Numbered from the stretch's first letter, positions 26,094 to 40,553 are shown. The stretch is DNA of 64,000 nt from Octopus vulgaris (GCA_951406725.2 OX597836.1:19530001-19594000); one strand, 5' to 3'. A program made the numbers and translations. The notes: generated from the sequence alone by a model not told the origin.

Positions 26094-27184
26094 CATATAT
26101 ATACATATATACATATATATACACATATATATATACATATATATACACATATATATATATATGTATACATATATATACACATATATATATATATGTATAC
26201 ATATATATACACATATATATATATACATATATATACACATATATATATACATATATATACACATATATATATACATATATATACACATATATATACATAT
26301 ATATATATACATATATATATACATATATATACACATATATATATACATATATATACACATATATATATATATACATATATATACACATATATATATATAC
26401 ATATATATACACATATATATATATACATATATATACACATATATATATACATATATATACACATATATATATACATATATATACACATATATATATACAC
26501 ATATATATATATACACATATATATATACACATATATATATACACATATATATACACATATATATATACACATATATATACATATATATATACACATATAT
26601 ATACATATATATATACACATATATATACACATATATATATACATATATATACACATATATATATACATATATATACACATATATATATATATACACATAT
26701 ATATACATATACATATATATACACATATATACACACATATATACACATATATATACACATATATATACACATATATATATACACATATATATACACATAT
26801 ATATACACATATATATACACTTATATACACACACATATATATACACACACATATATACACATATATATATACACATATATATACACACATATATATACAC
26901 ATATATACACACATATATACATACACACATATATATACATATATATATACATATATATACACATATATATATATATACACATATATATATATACACATAT
27001 ATATATATACACATATATATACATACACATATATATATATACACATATATATATATACACATATATATATATACACATATATATATATACACATATATAT
27101 ATACACACATATATATATACACATATATATACACATATATATACACATACATACACACATATATACATACACACATATATATAC

Positions 27185-27222
<38 letters not shown>
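25849..27222. repeat. Compound (TA)n/(CA) microsatellite, about 1.35 kb, then (GA)n
   Basis: Direct reading. Confidence 0.97.
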
Positions 27223-30200
27223 TGCAATTTATTAATTGGACATGATTGACACAACACCTTTCCTCATACACATAAACACTGAAAGAGGGGTGGAGAATGA
27301 GAAACGCTAAAAAGGTTTTATGCCACATAAGTCAGCAATACCAAAGCAACTGTGCCAAAATGTTTCATCCCTTGACATTAGCAGGAGTGGTGAAGAAGAG
27401 GTTGTTAGTAACAGCAGTCAGTAATGTGTGAAGATGTTACATCAACAGCAGTACCATTTTTTTTTTTAAATGTGTTCATCAAGGAGAAAAGCTAACCAAA
27501 AAAAGATGCCACCCAAAACTAATCATGACTTTTCTGTTAATACAATAATAATTAATGTTTCTTTAACCCTTTAGCATTTAAACCATCCATATCCGGCCAA
27601 AAATATTCTGCCTGTTTTAAGGTCAAATTGGCCAGATCTGGTCTCTTACACCAACCCTACAATATCCTTTTAAAAATTAACAGCTACCTCATCAAAATCT
27701 CATAGTTACAAGATTAATGAATGGTTAGTTCAAAACAATGTGGTTAAAAAAAGGATTAATTTTGGCAGAATAATGCGAACACTAAAGAGATAAATTAAAT
27801 TTCAAAAGTTTAATGATGTTATGGAAATGTTGCATTTAGAAATTCTGTGTTTAGCTTCAGGGTGGGGTGAACGAGTTAACGAGGCAGTATTTCTAATTTT
27901 GGTGAAGGAATAATTAACCTCATTTTCAATAATCATTTCATTATATTTTTTAATGTCTTTTTTCCACCTTCCGCATTGTTTCAATCAATCTGATTGAATA
28001 CAAGCCAATGAAGAAACCCATTATGTCATCAAACTGCTAAGAGTAGCAGCTGAATATTCCTCACATTGGCATCCTACCAGTTTAAAAAAATAATGAGACA
28101 TTGGATAATTTAGTTCAGGTTCAGGGTAGACTGTTTAAAAAAAAAAAACAGTGGATGATTGTTGATCAGATGCCTTTAATCATAGATTTACATTAGGCAG
28201 GGACCAGACAAACTGGTGGAGTCATTTGAATAGTCATGGGTAGCCTGTGGCCCACAGGGCTTTCTGAATGGCACACCTAATGAAAATTTACCTTAAAATT
28301 TCTATGCATAATGCAATCTGAGAGATGAGCCATGGCTCATACAGCCTGTGTTATATATTTCTTTATTGCCCACAAGGGGCTAAACATAGAGGGGACAAAG
28401 AAGGACAGACAAAGGGATTAAGTCAATTACATTGACCCCCCCAGTGCGAAACTGGTACCTTATTTATCGATCCCGAAAGGATGAAAGGCAAAGTCGACCT
28501 CGGCGGAATTTGAACTCAGAACATAACGACTGAGTTCAAATTCCGCCAAGGTCGACTTTGCAGCCTGTGTTATAGCATCGGCAAGAAATGCTTTATGGTA
28601 TCTGTTCTGACATTCTGCACTCTGAGTTCAAATCATACTGTGATCATGTTTACCTTTCATCCTTTTGGGGTTGAAATAAATATATCAGCATTGAAATATT
28701 GGAACTGTTAGAAGACTGAGCAAAGATATCTTGTGGTATCTGTTCTAGTTTTTTTGTGTATATATTCCTAACGCCAACCACTCCGAGAGTGTAGTGGGTG
28801 CTATTACATTCCACTGGCATGAGGGCCAGATAGGCGGTACTGGCAACTGCCATGCTCAAATGGTGTTTTTTACATGCCACCTGCACAGGAGCCAGTCCAG
28901 CGGCACTGGCAAAGACCTCGCTCAAATGATTTATCAATGTGCTACTGGCACTTGTGCCAGTAAGGCAACACTGGTAACAATCACACTCAAATGGTGCTTT
29001 TTATGTGCCACTGGCACAGAAGCCAGTTAGCTGCCCTGGCAACGATCAATGATGCCAAGCTCCAGTGGCCTTATTCAGTGAACCTTTCCTTTGGAGTGAC
29101 ATATTTGTTGCTGAAAGACATTTCTTCATGAGCAGCAGCTAAACAGGTGTTGCATGGAGATGTTGCTGTTGTTTAACCTTAGGCTAATCTTGACCAAGTA
29201 GATCTTGCAGTCAGGAGTGGTGCGGGGTGATATATCTATTTTGGACTACATTATCCAACATGTCCTTGTTTTCAAGAGATGGAAGGGTGTGTAATGGGAA
29301 GGAAATGACTTGATTCTAGCTGCTGATCAACCAACCACATAAACGTTCCCTTGCTGGCTTGACAGACCCCTGTCCTTCGTATACACAGAGTAGGAGAGAA
29401 AGAGACAGGGTGCCATGTTAGTTACAACAAAGGAGATAAAGAGTGGTGTATTTTAGATGGAATTTGAGAGAGAGAGAGAGAGCATCATGTATTAGATGGC
29501 ATAGAGAGAACCATATTCCAGATACAACAAGAGAGAGAAATGTATTATATAGAATAGAGAGAGATAACTAAGTTTTAGATGGAATAAGAAAAAGAGAGAG
29601 TGAATTTCTACAACACACACATATAGGCATCCCCTTGTGTTACATAAGCATTGCATTCCTACAACCTTAATGTGGAACTCTGTAACAAGAAACCTATTTT
29701 ACTTATTGACTTCCTTGACTTCATGTTCACATTTCCAAATTCCACGCGATTGGCATTAGGAAGGCATACTTCCAAAAGTCTCGGTCACTAGTCATTGCCT
29801 CGGTGAGGCCTAATGTTCGAAGGTCGTGCTTCACCACTTCATCCCAGATCTTCCTGGGTCTGTCCAACTTATTCCAGCATTAAAGATGCACATTAAATGA
29901 TGTCCAGCAAGATTCTCAGGAATGCAATGCTTCCACGGTTGCACAATGGAGTGCCCATATCAAACCAGAATTAAGAGACCCAAGACCATTGTTTGGTTAA
30001 AATACACAATAATATAATGGGCTGTACCTGAAATTGTTGGTTAATCTAGATTGATTGAAACAGACATTAAAAATTAAGGGACACATTTTCAGTGTATATA
30101 TTTACGGTATATGATGTATATATAAAATTATATAACAAAAGTTTGGATTAAATATTTGTTTGTTTAGTTAACTAATTAATTAGTCCACCTAATAAGTAGT

Positions 30201-30611
30201 GGTTTTGTATGTTTTATTAAGATATTGTAGAGAAAAAATCATGAATTACTTCCTTTTGCTCACTATGTCTTATAAATATATAAATTAAGAGAAATACTGA
30301 ATACCTATTAAGTATAACGGTAAATAGATAATTAAATGAATAGAGAGATATTATTGTAAAATTAATAAATAGTTGGATAATTGACTGAATACCTATTAAG
30401 TATAACTATAATTATATATATATAATTTTACTATAATATCTCTCTATTCATATATATATATTGCAAATAAGAAAATGGAGAAGCACAGTTGGTTCATCAA
30501 CTTTAGGACATTAAAATGTTGACTTATATATTTATCAAAACGACAACCATAATAACATACATATAGTATATTATACAATGCATATAAGATAAGAATACAA
30601 GCATTTATTAA

Positions 30612-30739
30612 AATCACTTACAGCTGTTTCAGCCTATAGATAATAGCAACTCATTGTGCCTATATTAGTCAAGTGTATTGAGGTGGTAGGCAGTTGAAAA
30701 TGAGGTACTTATATATATCCCTAGGCCTCATCATAGATT
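30612..30739 (-). ncRNA. Hammerhead copy in the inverted pLTR, core mutated (ATGATGA)
   Basis: Reverse complement of 35812-35939 with C3 changed to A. Confidence 0.55.
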
Positions 30740-30747
30740 ATAAAGTA

Positions 30748-31178
30748 TTCTCTTTTACTTGTTTCAGTCATTTGACTGTGGCCATGCTGGAGCACTGCCT
30801 TTAATCGAGCAACTCGACTCTGGGACTTATTCTTTTGTAAGCCCAGTACTTATTCTATCGGTCTCTTTTGGCGAACTGTTAAGTAACGGGAACATAAACA
30901 CACCAGCATTGGTTGTCAAGCAATGCTAGGGGGACACCAGCATTGGTTGTCAAGCAATGCTAGGGGGACAAACACACTCACACAAACACACACACGTACG
31001 TATATATATATACGCATATATACGACGGGCTTCTTTCAGTTTCCGTCTACCAAATCCACTCACAAGGCTTTGGTCGGCCCGAGGCTATAGTAGAAGACAC
31101 TTGCCCAAAGTGCCACACAGTGGGACTGAACCTGGAACCATGTGGTTGGTAAACAAGCTACTTACCACACAGCCACTC
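30748..31178 (-). mobile_element. SINE family 2 inserted in the inverted arm of the Penelope-like element
   Basis: Full consensus on -; absent from the matching arm at 35455-36123. Confidence 0.82.
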
Positions 31179-31532
31179 AAAATATAAATATATATATGTG
31201 AAACAAAATATACGCACATTTTAATATATATATACATGCATATACACATATATATAGATAGACATAATTATACATACATACAAGTATATAGACAATTATA
31301 TATACTGGAACATACATATACATCCATATCCATGAGTACATATATAATATTTAATTATTACTAATATTAATATTATTATTATTATTAATAATATTAAATT
31401 CTGTGTATTCTTCTATACACAATACATAGTATCAGAAATTAAAATATAGAATATACTCTAATATATAATATAAACAGGTGTTTATGAAAGATTTAAGCTT
31501 ATTAATTTTACAATCACAGTCAATATATTCAT

Positions 31533-31893
31533 TTATTACACACATGTGAGTGAGAACACTTTGAGATATTTTTGGTATCTAACATATGTCAGATACTGCG
31601 AGCGCTGCTTCTGATTGGTCAATCCATGGCGATGACACGACGTCATGGTGACGGCACTACTTTTGTCATTCATAAGTTACAACTAAACGTGAAGAATTTA
31701 GTTATTGGGTTAATAAAATATGGTCGTTTATTCGTGTTTAATAAATAAAATACCAAACTCATTCTCTATGGATACCATATTTATTACAACTTGTGGCTTG
31801 TAAACGTATCTAACTCGCTTTCGCTCGTTAGATACATTTACAAGCCACTCGTAATAAATACGGTATCCATAGGGAACTCGTTTGGTATTCTCT
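31533..31893. mobile_element. Palindromic (hairpin) insertion within the PLE arm
   Basis: About 65-bp arms at 31749-31889 around the loop ctcgctttcgctcg; absent from the paired arm at 35455. Confidence 0.6.
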
Positions 31894-33199
31894 ATATATC
31901 ATACAGTTAATATATAGTTATTTCAGTATTATTCTTCATACACATATATATGTGTGTGGGCAACAAACACATGTATAATGTATATATATACATACGCACA
32001 AATATACACCAATACATATATGAAATTTTTTTCTTTTCATCATACAAAAAATATATACATACTTATTACAACATATTATGCGTAATAAAAGTTCACAGAT
32101 TAAGAGATAACAGATTAACTATGTGAGCTAACTTATTCGTTATTTATTAATACTTTAGTGGTTTAAATCTAACGGGGATTGGGGAGAGATTATTTTTAAT
32201 CATAAGCTAAATCTAATTGGTTAACAAATTTGAATTTCTTTGTCTCGGTTACAGTTGGTTGATTGAAAACCGAATGAGTAAAACTAATTGTAAATAGATC
32301 ATAAACAATTGAAAATGCTAATAATATTTTTATATATACATATATACACAGACATATATACGCAGATACACACACACACTCACACATATATATATATGTA
32401 CTAACCTACATAATAACATTAACAAGAAAAATAATGTAATATTTTATTTTACTTTATATAAAAACTGTGATTTTTTTAATGTATATTTTCTTACTAACCT
32501 AAATGGGTATGATAAGTTTGAAGTACAAATTTGTAATAATTTGGAAAAGAATTACAATAGATAAAAAAATCAAATTCACTGTATTTATATCCTGTTATTA
32601 CAATGCAAATTGTTAAATTTACTCTCAAATTAGTTATTAAACATTCACAATAAATTCATATATTAGCTATACTTGCATAAGTTAAATTATATTCATTACT
32701 GTTATAAATACTTATAAATATTTATTGTAACTGACCAAATTTTCTCTTTTTATTTATGCTTAAAACCATATTTATCGTAGATATATTTTCGGTGCCTGGT
32801 TATTTTTTTATTTAAGTGTATACTGTAGAAATCCATATAAAATTTTATTGTCACTTAATTATCCAACTATTTATTTATTAATTTTACAATAATATCTCTC
32901 TATTCATTTAATTATCTATTTACCGTTATACTTAATAGGTATTCAGTATTTCTTTTAATTTATATATTTATAAGACATAGTGAGCAAGAGGAAGTAATTC
33001 ATGATTTTTTCTCTACAATATCTTAATAAAACATACAAAACCACTACTTATTAGGTGGACTAATTAATTAGTTAACTAAACAAACAAATATTTAATCCAA
33101 ACTTTTGTTATATAATTTTATATATACATCATATACTGTAAACGTATATATGTAGAAGTATACAAATATACACATATACACATACATACAGATACATTC

Positions 33200-34800
33200 A
33201 TCCGATAAGACTGGAAAACATATATAACATAGACACTTACATATACCATGAACTATTATATAAGGAAATAAGAAAAAAATATAAGGTTGTACCTTATGCT
33301 ACACTAAGATAAACGTTGAAGCTAGAAATATGTTTGATTTTAATTTAGAAGATAAAACTGAACCATTCACTCCTATAAGACCACGTATAACAGTTAAGGA
33401 CCATAAGGAGAACTTCCCTAACAAAACACAGGTCAGACTAACCTGTCCAAATAAATAAGACTTAGGTAAATAAAGTAAAATACTTTTAGATAAATGCATA
33501 CCTATAATTAGAAATAAAATTAAACTTAATTTATGGAAAAACACACAAGGTGCATTAGATTGGTTTTCCAGTATTAAGATTGATAATGGGGTAAACCATA
33601 AACTAATTCAAATTGATATAAAAAATTATTATGCATCGATAAACCCTGTAGTACTTAATAGTGCTCTAATATTTGCAAGGAGACACACAAATCTTAGCAT
33701 GAGAGAAATAAAAGTAATATTTACTGCACACAAAACTGTTATAGAATTTGATAACAAACTATGGGCTAGAAAAGACACACCAGACTTATTTGATATTACA
33801 ATGGGATCGTCAGACTCAGCAGAAATGACTGACCTGGTAAATCTTTATTTATTAGACAATATAGGTAAGGAATTCCCTGAATTAACTGGTGGTTTTTATA
33901 GAGACAATGCATTATTCCTAGTTAAGTATCTTTTGAATAGACATCAAGAAATACTTAAAAAACATTTACATAAATTCTTTAATAGTTTTGGTCTATCCAT
34001 AACCATTGAAAATGAAAATTATTCTATAAGTTATTTAGCTGTTAATTGCAACCTTAATACTGGGCTCTATGAACCTTATGTGAAACAAAATTCTAATTTA
34101 AGATATATAAATAATTCCAGTAATCACCGTCTGGAAAAAAAAAAAGCCCTACTACTAAACATAAGTAAAAGAATTTCTAACCTATCTTTTAATGAAGAAA
34201 TATTTAATAGACATAAGGAAAAATACAACAGAGCATTACATAAGCCAGGATATAATAGTAAATTAAAATATATCTCCAATAATATTAACTTTAAAACTCA
34301 TGATAGAATAATAACAACAAATACAGTTTAGCATTAAGACAAATAAAAAGAAAAGTAACAACAACAATAATAAAAATAAAAATAGTAAAAATAGGATTAG
34401 AAATCCCATAATAAATAATGATAATAATAATAATATTAGACATAGTAAAACCAATACTAATTATAATAACAATAACGAAATATTTAGTATGAATTATAAC
34501 AAAAAGAATACTATTAATTATAAAAATTATAAAAGTAAGGAAATTACAAATAATATAAGAAACCCTTATAAGGAAGATAATGAAGTAGATACTTTATGGT
34601 TAAGAATACCTTGTGCTATGCAAATAAAAAATAATATAGTGAAAAATATTTTCAATATAATAAACAAACATTTTGAAACAGGAAGACCAAATATTGGGAG
34701 ATAATTAATAAAAAAAACAATAAGAATAGGATATAGTCTAACTCATAACCTAGCCACCATCATATCCTCAATTAACAATAGAAAACTTGACAATTTCTAT
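33200..34800 (+). pseudogene. Penelope-like reverse transcriptase pseudogene; no GIY-YIG domain seen
   Basis: ITVKDHKENFPN..RL, LWKNT..ALDWF, IQIDIKNYYASI, FDITMGSSDSAE, GFYRDN (catalytic DD changed to DN); TAA stops at 33456 and 33471. Confidence 0.85.
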
Positions 34801-35811
34801 CTAAGTAGAAAAAATAATATAAGTAATATAAACATGAATAACAATAGCACCAACTATAATAATAATAATAATAATAATAGAAATGCCACAATCAGTGATA
34901 GCAACAACAATAATAAAAATAATAATGACAACACTATAGGTAATAATAATAATAATAGGAATAATGATAATATTAATAATAGTAATAACAGTAATAATAA
35001 TAGGAAGATTACTAGTAATATAAGTCAAACTAATAGGAAGTATAATAATAATAATGATCATAATAATAATAGTAGTCAGATGAACAATGACCTAGGAAAT
35101 AATAGATTTAGCTTACGATTAAAAATAATCTCTCTCCAATCCCTGTTAGATTTAAACCACTAAAATATTAATAAATAACGAATAACTTAGCTCACATAGT
35201 TTATTTCTTATCTCTTAGTCTGGGAACTTTTATTACGCATAATATGTTGTAATAAGTATGTATATATTTTTTGTATGCTGAAAAGAAAAAAATTTCATAT
35301 ATGTATTGGTGTATATTTGTGCGTACGTATATATATATATATATATATACACATACATATACATGTGTTTGTTGCCCACACACACATATATATATATATA
35401 TGTGTGTGTATGTAGAATAATACTGAAATAACTATATATTAACTGTATGATATATGAATATATTGACTGGGATTGTAAAATTAATAAGCTTAAATCTTTC
35501 ATAAACATCTGTTTATATTATATATTAGAGTATATTCTATATTTTAATTTCTGATACTATGTATTGTGTATAGAAGAATACACAGAATTTAATATTATTA
35601 TTATTATTAATAATGATAATAATATTAGTAATAATTAAATATTATATGTGTACCCATGGATATGGATGTATATGTATAATTATGTCTATATGTGTATATG
35701 TATATATGTGTGTGTGTATATATATATATATGTGTGTGTGTGTGTATATTAAAAAGTGTGTGTATTTTTTTTTTCACATATATATATTTATATTTTATGA
35801 TTGTACTTTAT

Positions 35812-35939
35812 AATCTCTGACGAGGCCTAGGGGTATATATAAGTACCTCATTTTCAACTGCCTATCACCTCAATACACTTGACTAATATAGGCACAATGA
35901 GTTGCTATTATCTATAGGCTGAAACAGCTGTAAGTGATT
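35812..35939 (+). ncRNA. Type I hammerhead ribozyme in the PLE pseudo-LTR
   Basis: CTGACGA (35817-35823), stem II ggccta/taggct, GAAA (35921), palindromic CAGCTG stem III, GTA cleavage triplet (35930-35932). Confidence 0.7.
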
Positions 35940-36286
35940 TTAATAATTTATATTCATGTTTTTTAATAACTGCTTGTATTCTTATCTTATATGCATTGTA
36001 TGATATACTATATGCATGTATGTTATTATGCTTGTCGTTTTGATAAATAAATAAGTCAACATTTTAATGTCCTAAAGTTGATGAACCAACTAATGTGCTT
36101 CTCCATTTTCTGATTTGTAATATAAATTAATGGTAAAATATTTCTTTACCTTCACCCATTTAATACAATAAGTAAGTTTATTGTATTGCAATTAAAAACA
36201 CTTGTGTATTAATAATTGGGTATTATACCAACAGTATATTGGATAAGTATTATCCCTTAGTGGGTTGGATCCACAACCCCTAACTT

Positions 36287-36322
<36 letters not shown>

Positions 36323-36324
<2 letters not shown>

Positions 36325-36862
36325 CACTTGTGAAGACCTGTTGAGGCAAGTGAAAATCAAAACAAATCAAAATAGATGAACATCAATGGAATTTGTATCT
36401 TTGTGGTACCAGTGCCGGTGGCACGTGGCACACAAGAAAACCATCCGAACGTGGCCGTAGCCAGTACCGCATCGACTGGCCTCCGTGCTGTGGGCACGTA
36501 ACAAACACCATCCGATCGTGGCCGTTTGCCAGCCTCATCTGGCACCTGTGTCGGTGGCACATAAAAACACCATCCGAGCGTGGCCGTCTGCCAGCCTCGT
36601 CTGGCACCTGTGTCGGTGGCACATAAAAAACACCATCCGAGCGTGGCCGTTTGCCAGCCTCGTCTGGCACCTGTGTCGGTGGCACATAAAATCACCCACT
36701 ACACTCTCGGAGTGGTTGGCGTTAGGAAGGGCATCCAGCTGTAGAAACACTGCCAGATCTGACTGGACTGGTGCAGCTTTCGGGCTCCCAAGACCCCAGT
36801 TGAACCGTCCAACCCATGCTAGCATGGAAAGCGGACGTTAAATGATGATGATGATGATGATA
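36323..36862 (+). mobile_element. Retroposon family 3 with (GAT)n tail and internal ~60-bp tandem units
   Basis: gagtggttggcgttaggaagggcatccagc...catgctagcatggaaagcggacgttaaa(tga)n. Further copies at about 2958-3273, 4088-4385, 5289-5437, 7782-8020, 21753-21918, 28765-29050, 41385-41820, 58946-59077 and 63326-63850. Confidence 0.8.
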
Positions 36863-39224
36863 TATATATATGTGTGTACATTCACACACATATATATAGT
36901 GTACTGTTTCATTATTGGCAGTATCAACAAAACTCCATCCATTGCGAGATAAATATTTAACAAACAGGATTTAAATGTGAGCTTACTATACTATAACTTT
37001 CAAGTTCTGATTACAATAATCAGATGAGCTTGTACAGCATGTCATGTATTAGCCTGAAAGACTGAAGGATAGTACAGAGTACTGCTGTACAGGTTTGTCC
37101 AATTGCTGTAATATCAGAACATGAAACTTATAGTAGCTCACGTTTAAATCCTATGTTTGTTAAAGTAATATATATTTATTAGTTTGGCTTCTGAGAAGTG
37201 GTTGTGCTCACCAGTCCTGTGCCTGCAAAAGCTAATGCTGTTAACATTCCTCTTGAGCAGTCACAAGTTAATGCTTCAGGAAAAATCATGTGCAGGGCAA
37301 GGAAGACTGGTTCTAGTGGTTAGCGCAGTACAGCAGGGGTGAGAAGAGAAAGAGGGCTGAGTAGCCCAAGAGCAGATAACTTGAGACCAGTCAACTGTGA
37401 AGGAGCAGAAGTCATTTAAGTAGTGGTAGAAAAGAGAACACACAACTAAAGAATCTCACATTTTTCACATCACTGTCTGATGTTTTGGTAGCATCTTTAC
37501 CATTTTTTAGTGGCACCTTTGCGCATTGATTTCAAATCATTTCAAAAGCATCGAGACATGATCCTAGTTAACCTTTATTGCTCAGATAACCCCTAACACT
37601 TTATGGTTGAGTGATCAGTGCCAGGATCTCTCCACACCTTTGTGGCTGCATACCCTTTCACACAAGCCAGTGGTGAAGTATCTCTATACTCACTAAATCT
37701 GCCATAAATAACAGCCAATTCACCCTCAAATTACATGCTACCATCATAAATGAAAGATGAAGGACAAAGCTACTTCCAGCTTTGTTGGGGGGGACAAACA
37801 CAGACACAAACATATACACACACATATATTTGTATACATATATACAACGGGCCTCTTTCAGTTTCCGTCTACCAAATCCACCCACAAGGCTTTGGTCAGC
37901 CCAAGGCTATAGTAGAAGACACTTGCCCAAGGTGCCACGCAGTGGGACTGAACCCGGAACCATGTGGTTGGTAAGCAAGCTACTTACCCCACAGCCACTC
38001 CTGCGCCTATATAGCTAAAGTAATTATCATCATCCTCATTTCACTTTTACTTTTCTATGCTTGCATGGATTGGACACTATTTGTGGCAGATTTTCTACAG
38101 CCGGATGTTCATCTTGTCACCGATTCTCACTTGTTTCCAAGTAAGGTAATGTTTCTCCATGGCCAGATACAGTCTTGCAGAATATTGGAAATGCATGACA
38201 CTGCTTTTACGACAGTGACAACCATTTACCACTACTACACAATGCTAAGGAAAGAAAATACACACACACACATGTACACATACATATATAATTACAAAGA
38301 ATATGGAAACTGGTACATCTTCCAATTTTTCTTGATGCAGTTAGCCAGAACCTGGATTATACCTCAGAGCTCTTACGGCATCCGCCTAGATAATTTATCT
38401 GTATATACTCATTGTATACACACACATACATACATATGATGGGATTCTTTCAGTTTCTGTCTACCAAATCTATTCACAAGGCTTTGGTCAGACTGAGACT
38501 GTAATAGATGATAATCCTATTTCTTTACTACCCACAAGGGGCTACACACAGAGAGGACAAACAAGGACAGACAAACAGATTAAGTCGATTATATCGATCC
38601 CAGTGCATAACTGGTACTAATTTAATCGACCCCGAAAGAATGAAAGGCTAAGTCGACCTCGGCGGAATTTGAACACAGAACGTAGTAGCAGACGAAATAC
38701 TGCTAAGCATTTCGCCCGGTGTGCTAACGATTCTACCAGCTCGCCGTAATAAATGATAATCCAAAGTGCAACACAGTAGAACTGAACCTGAAACCATGTG
38801 GTTGGGAAACAAACTTCATGCCACAGAGCCATGCTCGTACCTGTACATACCTGTATTAACTATTTTATGTATTATGTATTAGCTATTCCCATACATAACT
38901 TAAAATATCAGTTTGAGTCAATGAGAAAGCCTGTATGTGGTAGTTCAACATGCTAGAAATGGCAATCAAATTTTTATCAGACTTAACTCCATCCTTGCCT
39001 AGCTTCTTACTACCAAATACACACTAAACTTTATCTTCACTACCCCACTATTTACTAATCTACTGTGCCAGGAGAACCCATAAAAACCAAAAGCAAATAG
39101 CACCATGCATGGTCAGTGGCAAAATAGAAATAAGCACCTTGAAATATAAAATTGGATTTCATTAAAATGCTCCACCAACCAGTACAGAACACCCTTCTCC
39201 CCACTAAAACAAGCAAAACAAAAA

Positions 39225-40274
39225 TAGAAGTGGGATCAGAAAGTTCCTGGAGCAGGTGTGAAAATAGTCCACCAGTATTCCGTAATGGATTTCATATATT
39301 GTTTATATTTGGACACCATTCCCTTTGAAATAATACCCTTGGGAATGTATGCAGTGAGGCTATTCAATACCACCAATAATTCCATTTTAATTTCTTTGAC
39401 CAAAGTGAAGTGAACTCCTTTTAGGTTCAATTTTGTTGTATAAATTACAGCAAAGTCTCTGGGGTGCTGGTCAAGGGATATATGGCAGGAATAAAATTGA
39501 CAGGAATGACTGCTGTTTCGTGGAAAACCTGTAGTGTGCATTTGGGTTTTCCATGAGAAAATCCAGATGGTCTCTAAAACACATTCCGAACATTGGAGGG
39601 AGCTGGAGATTGTATGGCAACAACCCTCAAATCATGATTTTGTAAATTTTCTGTCATCAAATTTTCCCTAAATTTGTCATCTTAACCCTTTTGTTACCGT
39701 ATTTATTTTGAGATGCTCTGTGTTTGTTTCAATTACTTTAAATATAACAAAGACTTTAGTAAAATAACTTAGTTATCATTAAGCTAGTGTTAGGAACATA
39801 AATTGTGGCTAAGTTTTGGTGGAAGATTTTAATTCAAAACTTATGAAAACAAGACATTTGTACTACAGAGCCAGAGGTGGTTTCAGCTGGGTTGGTAACG
39901 AAAGGGTTAAACATCTCAACTAGCCTTGAAATAACCATAATACTCAAAAACTTGTATTCAGCCATAAGAATATTTACCAAAAGTTTGGCAAAGCATTTTA
40001 AGGGTCTCAGCAGCAGATTTACCAAGCTTCATGCAAAGTTTGACACTGATTTATCAGCCATTATGTAAAAAAAAACAAAAAACATTACAGAGGTGTACTA
40101 ACACAATGTTATAGAACATCTTGTTATTATAGAATACAAGTTGACAACATGAAGCCTGCTTACAGACTGACTTAGAAGGATGACTTGTAATGGTCATCAG
40201 CTGTGTATCACTTTTACAGTGACCAGAACAGAGACAACCCTTGCAGTCCAGAAACATTCTGATAATATCTCATA
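39225..40274 (-). mobile_element. Degenerate mariner of a second family, interrupted by a TTAA MITE
   Basis: On -: VKLCMKLGKSAAETLKML...QVFE (HTH) and PRDF...KLNLKGVHFTLVKEIK (C-terminus); TIR-like atcagaaagttcctgga. A fragment also lies at 43225-43340. Confidence 0.6.
39686..39906. mobile_element. TTAA-flanked MITE family B, 221 bp
   Basis: TTAA|CCCTTT(T/C)GTTAC...GTAACGAAAGGG|TTAA; copies at 16671-16891 and 54938-55159. Confidence 0.85.
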
Positions 40275-40335
40275 GATTTTGAATCATCATTAGAAAAGTC
40301 AATTAATTTCAGAAAAAAAAATCTGTTTAAATTAC

Positions 40336-40521
40336 CTTGAAATTCTTCCTGAGGTCATTGACTGTAATGAAGCCCTTGTTGTCAGTGTCCAGTGATTTAA
40401 ATTTAGCAATGTACTCATTGATTTCGTCCTTTGTGAAATTAATGGGTACGTTGGCAGAAGCAGTTTTGAGGTCAAGACCCATTTCCCGACGAAGGAACTT
40501 CTTGCAATGTTCAATTTGATC
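40336..40521 (-). CDS. GPD2: GPD2 exon with EF-hand 1
   Basis: DQIEHCKKFLRREMG...FKSLDTDNKGFITVNDLRKNFK. Confidence 0.94.
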
Positions 40522-40553
40522 CTGCAAATAAATTTAGGAAAATAAAATGAATT

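Larger units (their letters stand above)
30095..36290 (+). mobile_element. Penelope-like (Naiad-type) retroelement with inverted pseudo-LTR
   Basis: RT relic at 33200-34800; 30458-32215 is an interrupted reverse complement of 35102-36123; 30095-30383 is a reverse complement of 32857-33150. Confidence 0.85.

Noticed and set aside
33400-33910. Selenoprotein-type or editing-rescued Naiad ORF
   Set aside because: The in-frame stops are TAA, not TGA. Frameshifts and the missing endonuclease indicate simple decay, even though AAT-to-GAT editing could formally restore YRDD.
36500-36690. ~60-bp direct repeats resembling a CRISPR array
   Set aside because: They are contiguous units internal to retroposon family 3, with no spacers and no cas genes.
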